NCBI GenBank assembly: GCA_963593735.1
Contig: CAVBBF010000004.1
Coordinates: 1-63,896, forward strand
From: Phascolarctobacterium succinatutens
GTDB lineage: Bacteria; Bacillota; Clostridia; Christensenellales; CAG-917
Direction: 5' to 3'
DNA length: 63,896 nucleotides
The translations under genes were made by a program, and so were the position numbers. The notes beneath the pieces were generated by a model. The model searched no databases, had not been told where the DNA came from, and worked only from the letters and a program-made list of their open reading frames with translations. This document shows, piece by piece, positions 38,251-46,700 of this stretch (its first letter is position 1; every line of letters begins with the position of its first letter).

Positions 38251-38403
38251 GCGTGCTTCGCACGCATATGGAAAACGGAAGTTTTGAATCTTCCACAACT
38301 GCGTCGCAGACGCAATTTCACTTGCGCCGTGCGCAAATTTCACTGTGACAAACGTCACAATTTCACGCACACTTCGTGTGCATATCGCTGTGCCGCAGGC
38401 ACA
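38251..38403 (+). repeat. tandem hairpin-plus-linker array (seven hairpins; strict 22-23-nt units at 38299-38387)
   Basis: GCGTGCttcGCACGC-atatgg; GGAAGttttgaatCTTCC-acaa; cTGCGTCgcaGACGCAatttca; cTTGCGCcgtGCGCAAatttca; cTGTGACaaacGTCACAatttca; cGCACACttcGTGTGCatatcg; cTGTGCCgcaGGCACA. Confidence 0.85.
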
Positions 38404-38407
38404 CCTC

Positions 38408-38498
38408 GTCATTCAGAGGGAACGAAGTGACCGTAGGAATCCAGCGTAGCGAAATGCGGCTTCGCCTTGATTGCCACGTCACAACGATGTTGCTCCTC
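38408..38498 (+). repeat. repeat family R2, copy b
   Basis: GTCATTCAGAGGGAACGAAGTGACCGTAGGAATCCAGCGTAGCGAAATGCGGCTTCGCCTTGATTGCCACGTCACAACGATGTTGCTCCTC aligns with 4561-4651. The closing GAATGAC arm is missing here. Confidence 0.8.
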
Positions 38499-38657
38499 CA
38501 CGATGATTGTGCGCATTTAGCGCAAGCCTGCGGCTTTAATTTGCACAAGTGCAAATGCAATCACTCCAAAAATATCGTCGTTCGGAAACCCTTGCAAGCA
38601 AGTTTCCTCACTCGACATTGGCGCAATGACAAGTGGATAATTTCAAATCTTCCGCAA

Positions 38658-38736
38658 CCCAAACGGAGTTTGGATATCATCGTGCAGAATGCACGATATC
38701 ATCACGGAGTGATATCATCGCCATAGGCGATATCAT
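38658..38736 (+). repeat. tandem hairpin array with ATATCAT linker
   Basis: CCAAACggaGTTTGG-atatcat; CGTGCAgaaTGCACG-atatcat; CACggaGTG-atatcat; CGCCataGGCG-atatcat. Confidence 0.8.
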
Positions 38737-38760
38737 TTCTTTAATAGTAAAGGAAAATTT

Positions 38761-38807
38761 CTATTTATTAATAATAATTTTGGGTGGGGTTGCACCTCAC
38801 ACCCTAA
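38761..38807 (+). repeat. repeat family R1, copy d
   Basis: tatttattaataataatttt followed by GGGTGGGGTTGCACCTCACACCCTAAA. Same orientation as copy c, 14 nt from the stop of the next gene. Confidence 0.8.
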
Positions 38808-38820
38808 ATTATTTTAGTTT

Positions 38821-40239
38821 TTAGTCTAACTTCTGGTCACCGTACTTAATTGCGCCGGTTTTGCGCATAAGTTCGCTTACGCCAAACGAGATTGCAGCAG
38901 GAAGCACAAACAAACAAAGCACAATGCCTACGCCGAGTTGCCAGTCGGGAATTTTGCCCATAGACGCGTCAATCGTGCCGAATACGCCGACAAGTCCGCT
39001 TGTTCCCATTCCGCCGCCCGAAGCGTTGCAACGAAGCCCCATAAGCACGGCGACGAGTCCGCACACTGCGCTGGCGACTATTTCGGGAACCATAATCGCA
39101 GGTTTTCTCATAATGTTTGGGATTTGCAACATACTTGTTCCCACGCCTTGCGAGATGAGACCTCCAACGCCGTTTTCTCTGAAACTCGCGACGGCAAAGC
39201 CTATCATATGCGCAGAGCAACCTGCAACCGCCGCGCCGCCCGCGATTGCGAATACGTCGGGATTTTCGAGCGCGGTCGCACTTGTTGCGATTGCCACCCA
39301 TATAGCCGCAGAGGACGTAGGCATGGTGAGCAAAATGCCCATAACCACCGCAACGAACACGCCGACGATGATTTTGACTGCCGCGCCCGCCTCGATTGCC
39401 AAAACTATGAGTTTGGCGAGCAAGTCGATAAGTTTGATAAACGGCCACGCAACGAATATGCCCGCAAGGCACATAAGCATCATTCCGAGCGGAATTAGGA
39501 TTATATCGAGTTTGGTTTTTCCTGCGTAAAGCGAGGCTATTTCAACGGTGAGAAGGGACACGACGTACGAGCCGATAGGATTGCCGACCGCACCGAAAGC
39601 GATTGTAAACGAAGCGTTTTGACAGAGCGCACTCACGAGATTGCCCGAAAACGCGCCGACCAAGCCCGTTACGGCGGCTGTGAAAATCACAAGCGGTTTT
39701 GCGCCCAACTTGTGCGCGATTCCTATGCCGATGCCTGCGCCCATAAGCATTTTTGCAATGCTTGCGATGTAACCGAGAACGTGCGCAAACGAATTGTCAC
39801 CGCACCAAGACGCGATTTGAGCGAGAATAGTGCCTGCGATGAGCGTGCAGAACAAGCCTTGCGCCATGCCCGAAAACGCGTCTATAAAGTAGCGTTTGCA
39901 GTACTTTTTGACAACTTCGAGCGCCTTTTTACCCTTGCTTTCGCGAGCGGAAAACTCGGACAAGATTCCTTCTTTCCTCTCATCGCAATCTTCCTGTTCA
40001 CAATAGGCATCTCGTTCGGCGCAGACTTCTTGCTCGCAACTATTCTCTTGCTCGTTGCAACCGTATTGCTTTTCTACGGTTTCTTCTTGCACAAGTTCCG
40101 TATCGGCGGTTTGCTCGGTTGCAAAGTCATCGCAAGTCAAAGAAGAATCTTGTGCGTTGTCGCACGACTTATCGTCAAAAACGGTGCTTTTTTCGATGTT
40201 TTTATCGTTGTTTTTTTGCATTTTTCTGTCCGTTTGCAT
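38821..40239 (-). CDS. polytopic membrane protein, PTS EIIC-like (tentative), with an acidic Cys-rich N-terminal extension
   Basis: The core from YFIDAFSGMAQGLFCTLIAGTILAQI with GAGIGIGIA resembles the EIIC_2-type family. About 110 N-terminal residues are rich in D/E/C (CDNAQDSSLTCDD...CEQEVCAERDAYCEQEDCDE). Confidence 0.4.
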   Translation of the reverse strand: MQTDRKMQKNNDKNIEKSTVFDDKSCDNAQDSSLTCDDFATEQTADTELVQEETVEKQYGCNEQENSCEQEVCAERDAYCEQEDCDERKEGILSEFSARESKGKKALEVVKKYCKRYFIDAFSGMAQGLFCTLIAGTILAQIASWCGDNSFAHVLGYIASIAKMLMGAGIGIGIAHKLGAKPLVIFTAAVTGLVGAFSGNLVSALCQNASFTIAFGAVGNPIGSYVVSLLTVEIASLYAGKTKLDIILIPLGMMLMCLAGIFVAWPFIKLIDLLAKLIVLAIEAGAAVKIIVGVFVAVVMGILLTMPTSSAAIWVAIATSATALENPDVFAIAGGAAVAGCSAHMIGFAVASFRENGVGGLISQGVGTSMLQIPNIMRKPAIMVPEIVASAVCGLVAVLMGLRCNASGGGMGTSGLVGVFGTIDASMGKIPDWQLGVGIVLCLFVLPAAISFGVSELMRKTGAIKYGDQKLD

Positions 40240-40418
40240 TGAAAATGCGGTGTATTATCTGTTTCGCCGAGAGGGCGATTGCTCGCTGCTGGCGGTTTTG
40301 TTCCTTTGTAATCGTTGATTTTTTGCGTTTTTTTGCGGTTTTTTCTTGATTTTTTGCGTGTTCTGCTGCGAAAGATTTTGTGTTTATCTTTTCTTTTTGG
40401 CGTTTCACGGTTCGCTTT

Positions 40419-41747
40419 TCACTTGCTTTCCACGTCCACGATTTTCATTTCGGAAGACGGCGCGGTTGCGATTGCGTTCTCTATGGTTTTTTGTGCGTTG
40501 TCCTCTTTTGCCATAATCTTCATAGCCGCCCCGACGCAAAGCGAGAACAGATTTTCCAAATCGGATTTGGAGAGGGATTTGTCGCGCTTTGAATAATCTT
40601 TTGCCAAAATCGTTGCGGTCGGATTGCCGTTTTTGGCAAACGCGTCCGAGATGAAGCCGTGAAGGGAATTGAATTTGTGCAAGAGTGTGTCGTGCGGCAT
40701 TGTGGAAACGGTTATGCCCTGCTCTATCGCGCTTGCATGCACGGCGGACACGACATCGATTGAAAAGTCGATATTGCGCAAAGCGTCACGCTCTGCAACC
40801 TGAAAATTGTCGCTCAACACGTCGCCTATTGCCAAAACCTTTGCCGAAGCGAATTCGGGATGAGCCTCGACAAAAGCGTTTGAGCCGCAGTGCCCCGAAT
40901 TTTCCGCGCCGAAGGAAACGTACACAATCTTGGTGTTGTCGGCAAGCAGATCGGGTTGCTCGGCAAAATAGGCGTACGTTGCCATAGCCACAGCCGTCGC
41001 CACGCCGTTGTTTTCGCGCGCGAAGCGTTCCATAGGCGAGAAGTGCAGCACAAACGCCGCTATGCCGAAAATGCCCGACACAAACGGCAGAATGGTGAAC
41101 GCGCTTATCTTTGCCGCGACGTTGTCGCCCTGCGTGCCGATTGCCATCTTCAAAATGCAGAACAGCACGAAAATGAACACGGACAAAGGCGCGATTGCCA
41201 TGGAGAGTTTTCTTACGAGATTGAAATCTTTTATGGGGCTTCCGAGCATTGCGTCGTGGTTGTCGCAGATGACGAGAGTGTTTTGGACGTTTTTTTCGTC
41301 CTTGCAACTTTCGCTGACGACGTTGTACGACACTTTTTTAGGCAGAATTTTGCCCGCTTTGCGATTGCCGAAATACATCAAAAGCAATGCGCTTCCTCCC
41401 GAAAGGAACATAACGAGGGACAATAACGTCACGAGCGCGCCGACAACTCGTCCGCCTGCAAACGACACAAAATATACCGCGTAGCAAAGCGCATACCATA
41501 TGCCCAAAAGCAAAAACGAACCTCTGCCGAGCAAAACGGGCGCGTTGAACGCTTCGAGCCGAGTTTTTGCGTCGGTTTCGTCGTGGAGTCTGTTGCGGAT
41601 TGCTCTTGCGCAAGCGGTTTCGTCCTTGCTTGCCGTGATGCGATGCGGATATTTTGAAAGTTCGTGCGAAAAATTCTCGACGAACTCCATCGCGCTCTGC
41701 ATATCCTCTTTGTTTATTACGCTGTGTTTTTCTTCAAAGGCTGCCAT
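40419..41747 (-). CDS. membrane-embedded M28-peptidase-like protein (possibly degenerate active site)
   Basis: VICDNHDAM (HxD-like) and FGAENSGHCGSNAF, where M28 enzymes have GAEE.GL.GS. Several TM segments are inserted between these motifs. Confidence 0.4.
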   Translation of the reverse strand: MAAFEEKHSVINKEDMQSAMEFVENFSHELSKYPHRITASKDETACARAIRNRLHDETDAKTRLEAFNAPVLLGRGSFLLLGIWYALCYAVYFVSFAGGRVVGALVTLLSLVMFLSGGSALLLMYFGNRKAGKILPKKVSYNVVSESCKDEKNVQNTLVICDNHDAMLGSPIKDFNLVRKLSMAIAPLSVFIFVLFCILKMAIGTQGDNVAAKISAFTILPFVSGIFGIAAFVLHFSPMERFARENNGVATAVAMATYAYFAEQPDLLADNTKIVYVSFGAENSGHCGSNAFVEAHPEFASAKVLAIGDVLSDNFQVAERDALRNIDFSIDVVSAVHASAIEQGITVSTMPHDTLLHKFNSLHGFISDAFAKNGNPTATILAKDYSKRDKSLSKSDLENLFSLCVGAAMKIMAKEDNAQKTIENAIATAPSSEMKIVDVESK

Positions 41748-42009
41748 ATCTTTATTATAACACGCTTTTTGTATTTATCAACCTTGAAAGAAACATTGAA
41801 AAATGACGATTTGATAAACCTTGTGCAACACTTGATTTGACAAACTTTTTCAATGGTTGTTTGTCGTCAAATGTCAAGAATGTCAATGATTTTGACATAT
41901 TTTATATGAAAGATTGTCAACATAATGACAATCTTTTGGGCGAATATTTCAATTTTGCGCAAAAAAATGCAAAAAGCGGTGTTTCGCTTGAAAAAGCATT
42001 TTGGCAAAA

Positions 42010-42041
42010 AGGCATAAAGAAAAGGCGCGGTTTGCGCCTTT
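42010..42041 (-). terminator. terminator of the 790-aa lipoprotein gene
   Basis: Minus strand: AAAGGCGC aaacc GCGCCTTTT followed by CTTTATGCCTTTTT. Confidence 0.75.
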
Positions 42042-42062
42042 CCTTTATGAGTTATTCAGCAA

Positions 42063-44435
42063 TTATGCTTGTTGTGCGGGGACGGTGTAGATATACCAAC
42101 CTGCCTCTTTGTTCGCTGCGGGGGTGAGATCGGTGTACTTTGCCGCATCATAAGCCTTTGCGCCGAGTTTGACGGATACGCCAACGCCCGCTTTGTCATT
42201 TACGTCAACTTTGACAGAGAGTTCGAGTCCGTTTGCTCCGCTGATGTCGAGTACGACTTCTGCCGTTGAAGCGAACATTTCGTTGAGGAATGCTTTGCCC
42301 TTCTTTGCGGCATCGGTTTCGTTGCCGTAGGTTGTGCCTGCGACGGTGAGTGCGTTTGCGACTTTAATGTGCCAGTTGTCTTTGTCGGCTTTGATGATGG
42401 AATCGATGAAAGACGGGGCTTTCTTTTCCCACCAAGTTTGACCGATGTAGTTGATTGCGCTGCCGACCGTGCCGTAGTTGTTCTTCATCGTTGCGCTGGT
42501 GTTGGTCTTGATCGTGAGCTTGTCGCCAGTTGTGGAAAGAAGCGGAAGCACTTTGACGATAGTTTCGGACACTCTGGTGATGATCGGGTCGTTTGCGTAT
42601 TGTGCGCTTGCGCTATTATCTTCGGAAACTTCCTCTTCCTCGCTGTTGATGATGTCGTCGACAAGGTCTTGGAATGCGTCGACGATGTCGAAGTTCTTCC
42701 ACACTGCGCCCTTGAAGTTTTCGTTGATCGTGATAACTCTGTCTTGAGGATCGATGACGTAGTTGCCTTCGCTGTCTTTTTCAACTTGTGCCTTGATGTC
42801 GCAAGAGAAGAATTTGTCTGCGAATTTGTCAAGTTCGGACTCTGTTGCAGCGGCATCAGTCGTTGCATCATCTGCAAAGAAAGTATCTCTGATCCAAGTG
42901 TAGGCATAGTCGCCGAACAATCTGACAAGAACGTCAACAATTCCCACATCTCCGACCTTTGCTTCCTGATTGACGGTGAGAGCGAGATTGCCGTTCTTAA
43001 AGGATGCCTTGACAATGTCAACCGCCGTCGTTGCGCCTGCCGCCTTGTAGGTCAATGCCGCCGCTGCAACGGTGCCATCTTCTGTGGCGTTTGCAAGGTC
43101 GAGTTTGCCATTCAAGGTGAGAGCGAGCGTGCCGTCGAGTTTGAGGTTTTCAAGTTTGCCGTTGAGCGCCTTGTTGACATTTGAGAATCTCTTGTAGTTT
43201 TCTTGATCGAGAGCGGTTGCGTCGAGAGTGATGCCTTTGAGGTCGATTTCGACTGCCGCATCGAGAACGACGTCGGTGGAGTAATTATCTCTTGCAACTG
43301 CCATCGAGTCTTGTATCTCGGCTTTCTTTGCTTTTGCAAAGTCGAGGTCGGTGATGGTGATTGAAACGACGGGATATACGTCAACGCCGTTTGCATTTTC
43401 ACCTTCGAGCGAAGGAAGACCTGCTCTGATTGTGAACGAATCGATTGCGTCGTTCTTGGTGGTGAATTCGAGATAGAGTTTCAAACCGTCAAGCAAGTCG
43501 GTGAGACCTGCGGGAAGGCTGCTGCCGAGCATATTGAGCAAGTTGAGGACTTCGGGATCGAGTTGTGTCGTGTAAGTTGTGACTCCGTCTTTGGTTGTCG
43601 TGGTGGTGTTGTCATTGACGAAGAAGCCTGCGACGGTTTCGTTTGTCAAAACGTTTTTGATGTTGATGTTGCCCTGTGCGTCGAACGCTTCGTCTACACT
43701 GAGACCAAGAATTTCAAACACGCCGCCGATTTTGTCTTTTAATTCGGTTTTGTTGATGCCGAACACTGTCATAACGTCGCCGACAAGAGCGTTAAGATCC
43801 CAGTTCTTGCCCATGCTTTCGGTGAGAGCGGTGATGATGTCCGCAATCGTTTTGCCTTTTGTTGCATCTTTGTCGTCTTTTCCTATAACCTTGTCGTTGA
43901 AGATGAAGTTGTAGAATTTCGCGTTGTAGGTGTCGTTGAGATAACTGAACGGAATCTTAACGTTTTGTCCCGCATAGTCGATGTAGATGTTGTCTACGTC
44001 GTTGAAGAAGAAATATGCGGTGAACCAGTTGTTCTCATTTTCCGCCTTGCTCGGATCGTAGATCTTCGCTTTGATTGCGGTGTTGGTGCTCTTGTCGGTG
44101 CCGCTCGATCTGTCGAGAACGAGGTCGAGCAAAATGCCCACGTCCACAGTGTCCTGAACATTGTTGCTTGAGTCGACAAAGTCGAGTTTGACGGTGAGAC
44201 CAACGCTAACTTTGAGATCGTCGTTTTTGCCGATTGCTTCGTCGCCGATGCCGGTGGATTTGTCCCAAAGCGTGTTGAAGAATGCCTTCACGTTCGTGGT
44301 GTCTTTTGTCGACGGTTTGGGTGTCGGGGTCGGATTGTTGTTGCCCTTGTCCTTGTCGCCGCACGCTACGAGGGCGAACACCAAAACCAACGCAAGAATC
44401 ACGATGAGAAGTGATCTGATGCTGAGTTTTTTCAT
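42063..44435 (-). CDS. large hypothetical lipoprotein (790 aa)
   Basis: MKKLSIRSLLIVILALVLVFALVACGDKDKGNNNPTPTPKP: lipobox plus a Pro/Thr linker. AGGAGG lies 6 nt upstream. No recognisable domain. Confidence 0.7.
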   Translation of the reverse strand: MKKLSIRSLLIVILALVLVFALVACGDKDKGNNNPTPTPKPSTKDTTNVKAFFNTLWDKSTGIGDEAIGKNDDLKVSVGLTVKLDFVDSSNNVQDTVDVGILLDLVLDRSSGTDKSTNTAIKAKIYDPSKAENENNWFTAYFFFNDVDNIYIDYAGQNVKIPFSYLNDTYNAKFYNFIFNDKVIGKDDKDATKGKTIADIITALTESMGKNWDLNALVGDVMTVFGINKTELKDKIGGVFEILGLSVDEAFDAQGNINIKNVLTNETVAGFFVNDNTTTTTKDGVTTYTTQLDPEVLNLLNMLGSSLPAGLTDLLDGLKLYLEFTTKNDAIDSFTIRAGLPSLEGENANGVDVYPVVSITITDLDFAKAKKAEIQDSMAVARDNYSTDVVLDAAVEIDLKGITLDATALDQENYKRFSNVNKALNGKLENLKLDGTLALTLNGKLDLANATEDGTVAAAALTYKAAGATTAVDIVKASFKNGNLALTVNQEAKVGDVGIVDVLVRLFGDYAYTWIRDTFFADDATTDAAATESELDKFADKFFSCDIKAQVEKDSEGNYVIDPQDRVITINENFKGAVWKNFDIVDAFQDLVDDIINSEEEEVSEDNSASAQYANDPIITRVSETIVKVLPLLSTTGDKLTIKTNTSATMKNNYGTVGSAINYIGQTWWEKKAPSFIDSIIKADKDNWHIKVANALTVAGTTYGNETDAAKKGKAFLNEMFASTAEVVLDISGANGLELSVKVDVNDKAGVGVSVKLGAKAYDAAKYTDLTPAANKEAGWYIYTVPAQQA

Positions 44436-44518
44436 AATTGCCTCCTAATAATTTACCATCTTTTGCAAACATACTCGCACGCGCATACACGCATAGTATG
44501 GTTACATCTGTAATAGAT

Positions 44519-44547
44519 ATTATATATTATACAAAAAATAAAGTCAA
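44519..44547 (-). promoter_or_regulatory. promoter of the 790-aa lipoprotein gene
   Basis: Minus strand: TTGACT (44547-44542), 17 nt, TATAAT (44524-44519). Confidence 0.6.
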
Positions 44548-44739
44548 TACGCAAATATTGCGCCTCGCCCGATTTTCAGGAAACATTGTATAAAGCAACG
44601 CGCGAATTTTGTCGAATGCAAAAAAAACGAACATTGTGCAGCACAAAGTGCAAAAACAACGAAACAAAAAGCAAAATATCGAAAATCGAAAACAAAAAGC
44701 AGCCCGAAAGCAAACGAAGAAAAACAAAAAAACAAGCCG

Positions 44740-44773
44740 AAAAGCCAAAAACAAACGGCACTCGCTTGAGTGC
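44740..44773 (-). terminator. terminator after the 631-aa gene
   Basis: GGCACTC gctt GAGTGCC stem, followed on the minus strand by GTTTGTTTTTGGCTTTT. Confidence 0.65.
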
Positions 44774-44802
44774 CGCCGTGTTTTTGTTTGTAACAAAATT
44801 TG

Positions 44803-46698
44803 TTATGCGCCGATTGCGTCGGGAACGTCGGGCGCGGTGTCCTCCCCTTCGTCGGGTTTTCCTACGCCTATGCCGTTTTCCTCCGCCGCCTTTGCTCTCA
44901 AAATGCGATTGCGAGAATCCTCGGTGCGCTTGCGGGTCTTTTCGCCCATATCGCGGCATACGCCTGCCGCAACGATAAGCACTGCGCCGATTGCGCCGAA
45001 GATTGCCATCCAGTTGCGCAACGCAACAACGTTGATGACCGCCATAAGCAAGTTGTCGCTGTCAACCCACGTTGCTTGCATATAGCCGAGCATACCGTAG
45101 GGCGCGTTCATCGGATAGAGGTTGATTGCAATCAATCCGTCGTCGTCGATGCACAAGCCAAGACTGAGTTGCGCGCCGCCTGCCGCCGCCTTAACCACTT
45201 CGATGAGGTCCTCTTGCATAAGTCCGCCGAGAGAATCGATGAGGCTGGGGAATTGATCGAGAACCTTTTGCACGATGCCGTAGATCTGAGTGCCGAGCAA
45301 GTTTGCCACGTCCAAAGTGGTCAGAGCCATCGGATCGCCGAGCATATCGAGGACGAGCCATGCAAGCGGACGTTTGGTCACGCCGTTCTCGTACATTTGC
45401 CAACCGTCCTCGTTGAAGCCGTACTTGACCTCGATTGATTTGCCGTCTTGATCGAGGATTGTGCCGGTGTACTCGAACTTGCCTTTCTCTTCTTTAACGA
45501 ATTTTTCGACCAGTTCGGGATCGTAGAGTTGATAGAGGCAGTTGCCGTCTTCCGTGTAGGTGAGTCCGCCTGCGCCGTTGTAGGAACTTTGCGTGTACGA
45601 CCAGCCTTGATTGAGGATGAGACGAAGGACGATGGGCACCGTCATACGACCGCTCATCTGTGCGTACAAAAGAAGCGGATCGTCAAAGGTGAGATAACCG
45701 TCTTGGTTGAAACTGTCGTAGTTTTGTTGGAACAACGCTTTGAATCTCTCGTTCTTGAAGCCTTCTTTCAACATACCCTCATAGTTGTAGTATGTGTAGA
45801 TATAGTCGAGAATGGAGAGCGCGATCGCGCGTCTTGCGACATTGTTGTTGAAGCAGAAATCGTAGTCGTTGAGGACGTATTGATTGTAGATGAACTGATA
45901 GAGTTCATACTTCCTCTCGTTGGATTTGAGAGCGTCGATTTCGACTTGAATTCCGTCAACGTTCTTGCCGTAAGTGTTCGTGTAGTATTTCATTCTTGTT
46001 TGAATGAATTCGTTTTTATAGTTGGTGATGACGCCGTTGTTTTCGTTGTGAGCAACGAGGGTCTTGTAGGAGAAGTCGCCGTTTTCGGCAATCTTGCCCT
46101 CTGCGTCGTAGTTGTTGAGGTTGCCGTTGAGAAGGTTGTACATGATGAGGTCGCGCTCGAGCGAAGCGTTGTGTTCCGCTTGCTTTTCGCCGTTGTAGTA
46201 CAAATCCTCGCAATAGAGCGTGTTTTGCGTGGCATATGAGATAACGTCGGGGAAAACGTAGGTCAATATAAGTCCGAATCCCGTCGACAAGCACACGAAT
46301 GCGATAAGCACTTTGACTGTTTTGGTGCGGATGCTGCTCTTGGATCTTTTTCTGTTTACGACAAGCGCAACCGTCATAAACACAAGCCCGAGTACGCCTG
46401 CCAAAATCACGCCGACAAACGGCCAGAACGTGTAGTACGGCATAAGATTGTAGCACTTTACGCCAAGCACCACGGACACGATGATTATGGGCAAATACGC
46501 AAGGACGTGAAGCAATATCGCCGCCAGCGAATAAGGAACGGACGTCTTGCTTTGATCTCTCTTTGCGCGCTTGCTCACGGGGAATGCCGGGATAACGTCG
46601 CCGTTTTGATCGCGATTGAGCATATCTGCGTCCATAGCGAGTTGTTCGTTTTGAACGTCTTGATTCATTTCTTCTTGATTAATAACCTGATCGCTCAT
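44803..46698 (-). CDS. large hypothetical membrane protein (631 aa)
   Basis: N-terminal TM cluster, a large presumably extracytoplasmic domain, a C-terminal TM segment (WMAIFGAIGAVLIVAAGVC) and a charged tail. Its start directly abuts the stop of the upstream gene. Confidence 0.7.
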   Translation of the reverse strand: MSDQVINQEEMNQDVQNEQLAMDADMLNRDQNGDVIPAFPVSKRAKRDQSKTSVPYSLAAILLHVLAYLPIIIVSVVLGVKCYNLMPYYTFWPFVGVILAGVLGLVFMTVALVVNRKRSKSSIRTKTVKVLIAFVCLSTGFGLILTYVFPDVISYATQNTLYCEDLYYNGEKQAEHNASLERDLIMYNLLNGNLNNYDAEGKIAENGDFSYKTLVAHNENNGVITNYKNEFIQTRMKYYTNTYGKNVDGIQVEIDALKSNERKYELYQFIYNQYVLNDYDFCFNNNVARRAIALSILDYIYTYYNYEGMLKEGFKNERFKALFQQNYDSFNQDGYLTFDDPLLLYAQMSGRMTVPIVLRLILNQGWSYTQSSYNGAGGLTYTEDGNCLYQLYDPELVEKFVKEEKGKFEYTGTILDQDGKSIEVKYGFNEDGWQMYENGVTKRPLAWLVLDMLGDPMALTTLDVANLLGTQIYGIVQKVLDQFPSLIDSLGGLMQEDLIEVVKAAAGGAQLSLGLCIDDDGLIAINLYPMNAPYGMLGYMQATWVDSDNLLMAVINVVALRNWMAIFGAIGAVLIVAAGVCRDMGEKTRKRTEDSRNRILRAKAAEENGIGVGKPDEGEDTAPDVPDAIGA

Positions 46699-46700
46699 AA

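Noticed and set aside
38251-38403. CRISPR array interpretation of the periodic 22-nt units.
   Set aside because: The constant part is only 7 nt and the variable part is palindromic, which is the opposite of repeat/spacer organisation. The period is far too short. No cas genes or leader are present in the window.
40202-40408. Small ORFs in T-rich or A-rich low-complexity intergenic tracts (40055-40596, 44527-45085 and 35120-35362).
   Set aside because: Their translations are homopolymer-like (F/L/K/R runs) in every frame. They overlap promoters and terminators of real genes.
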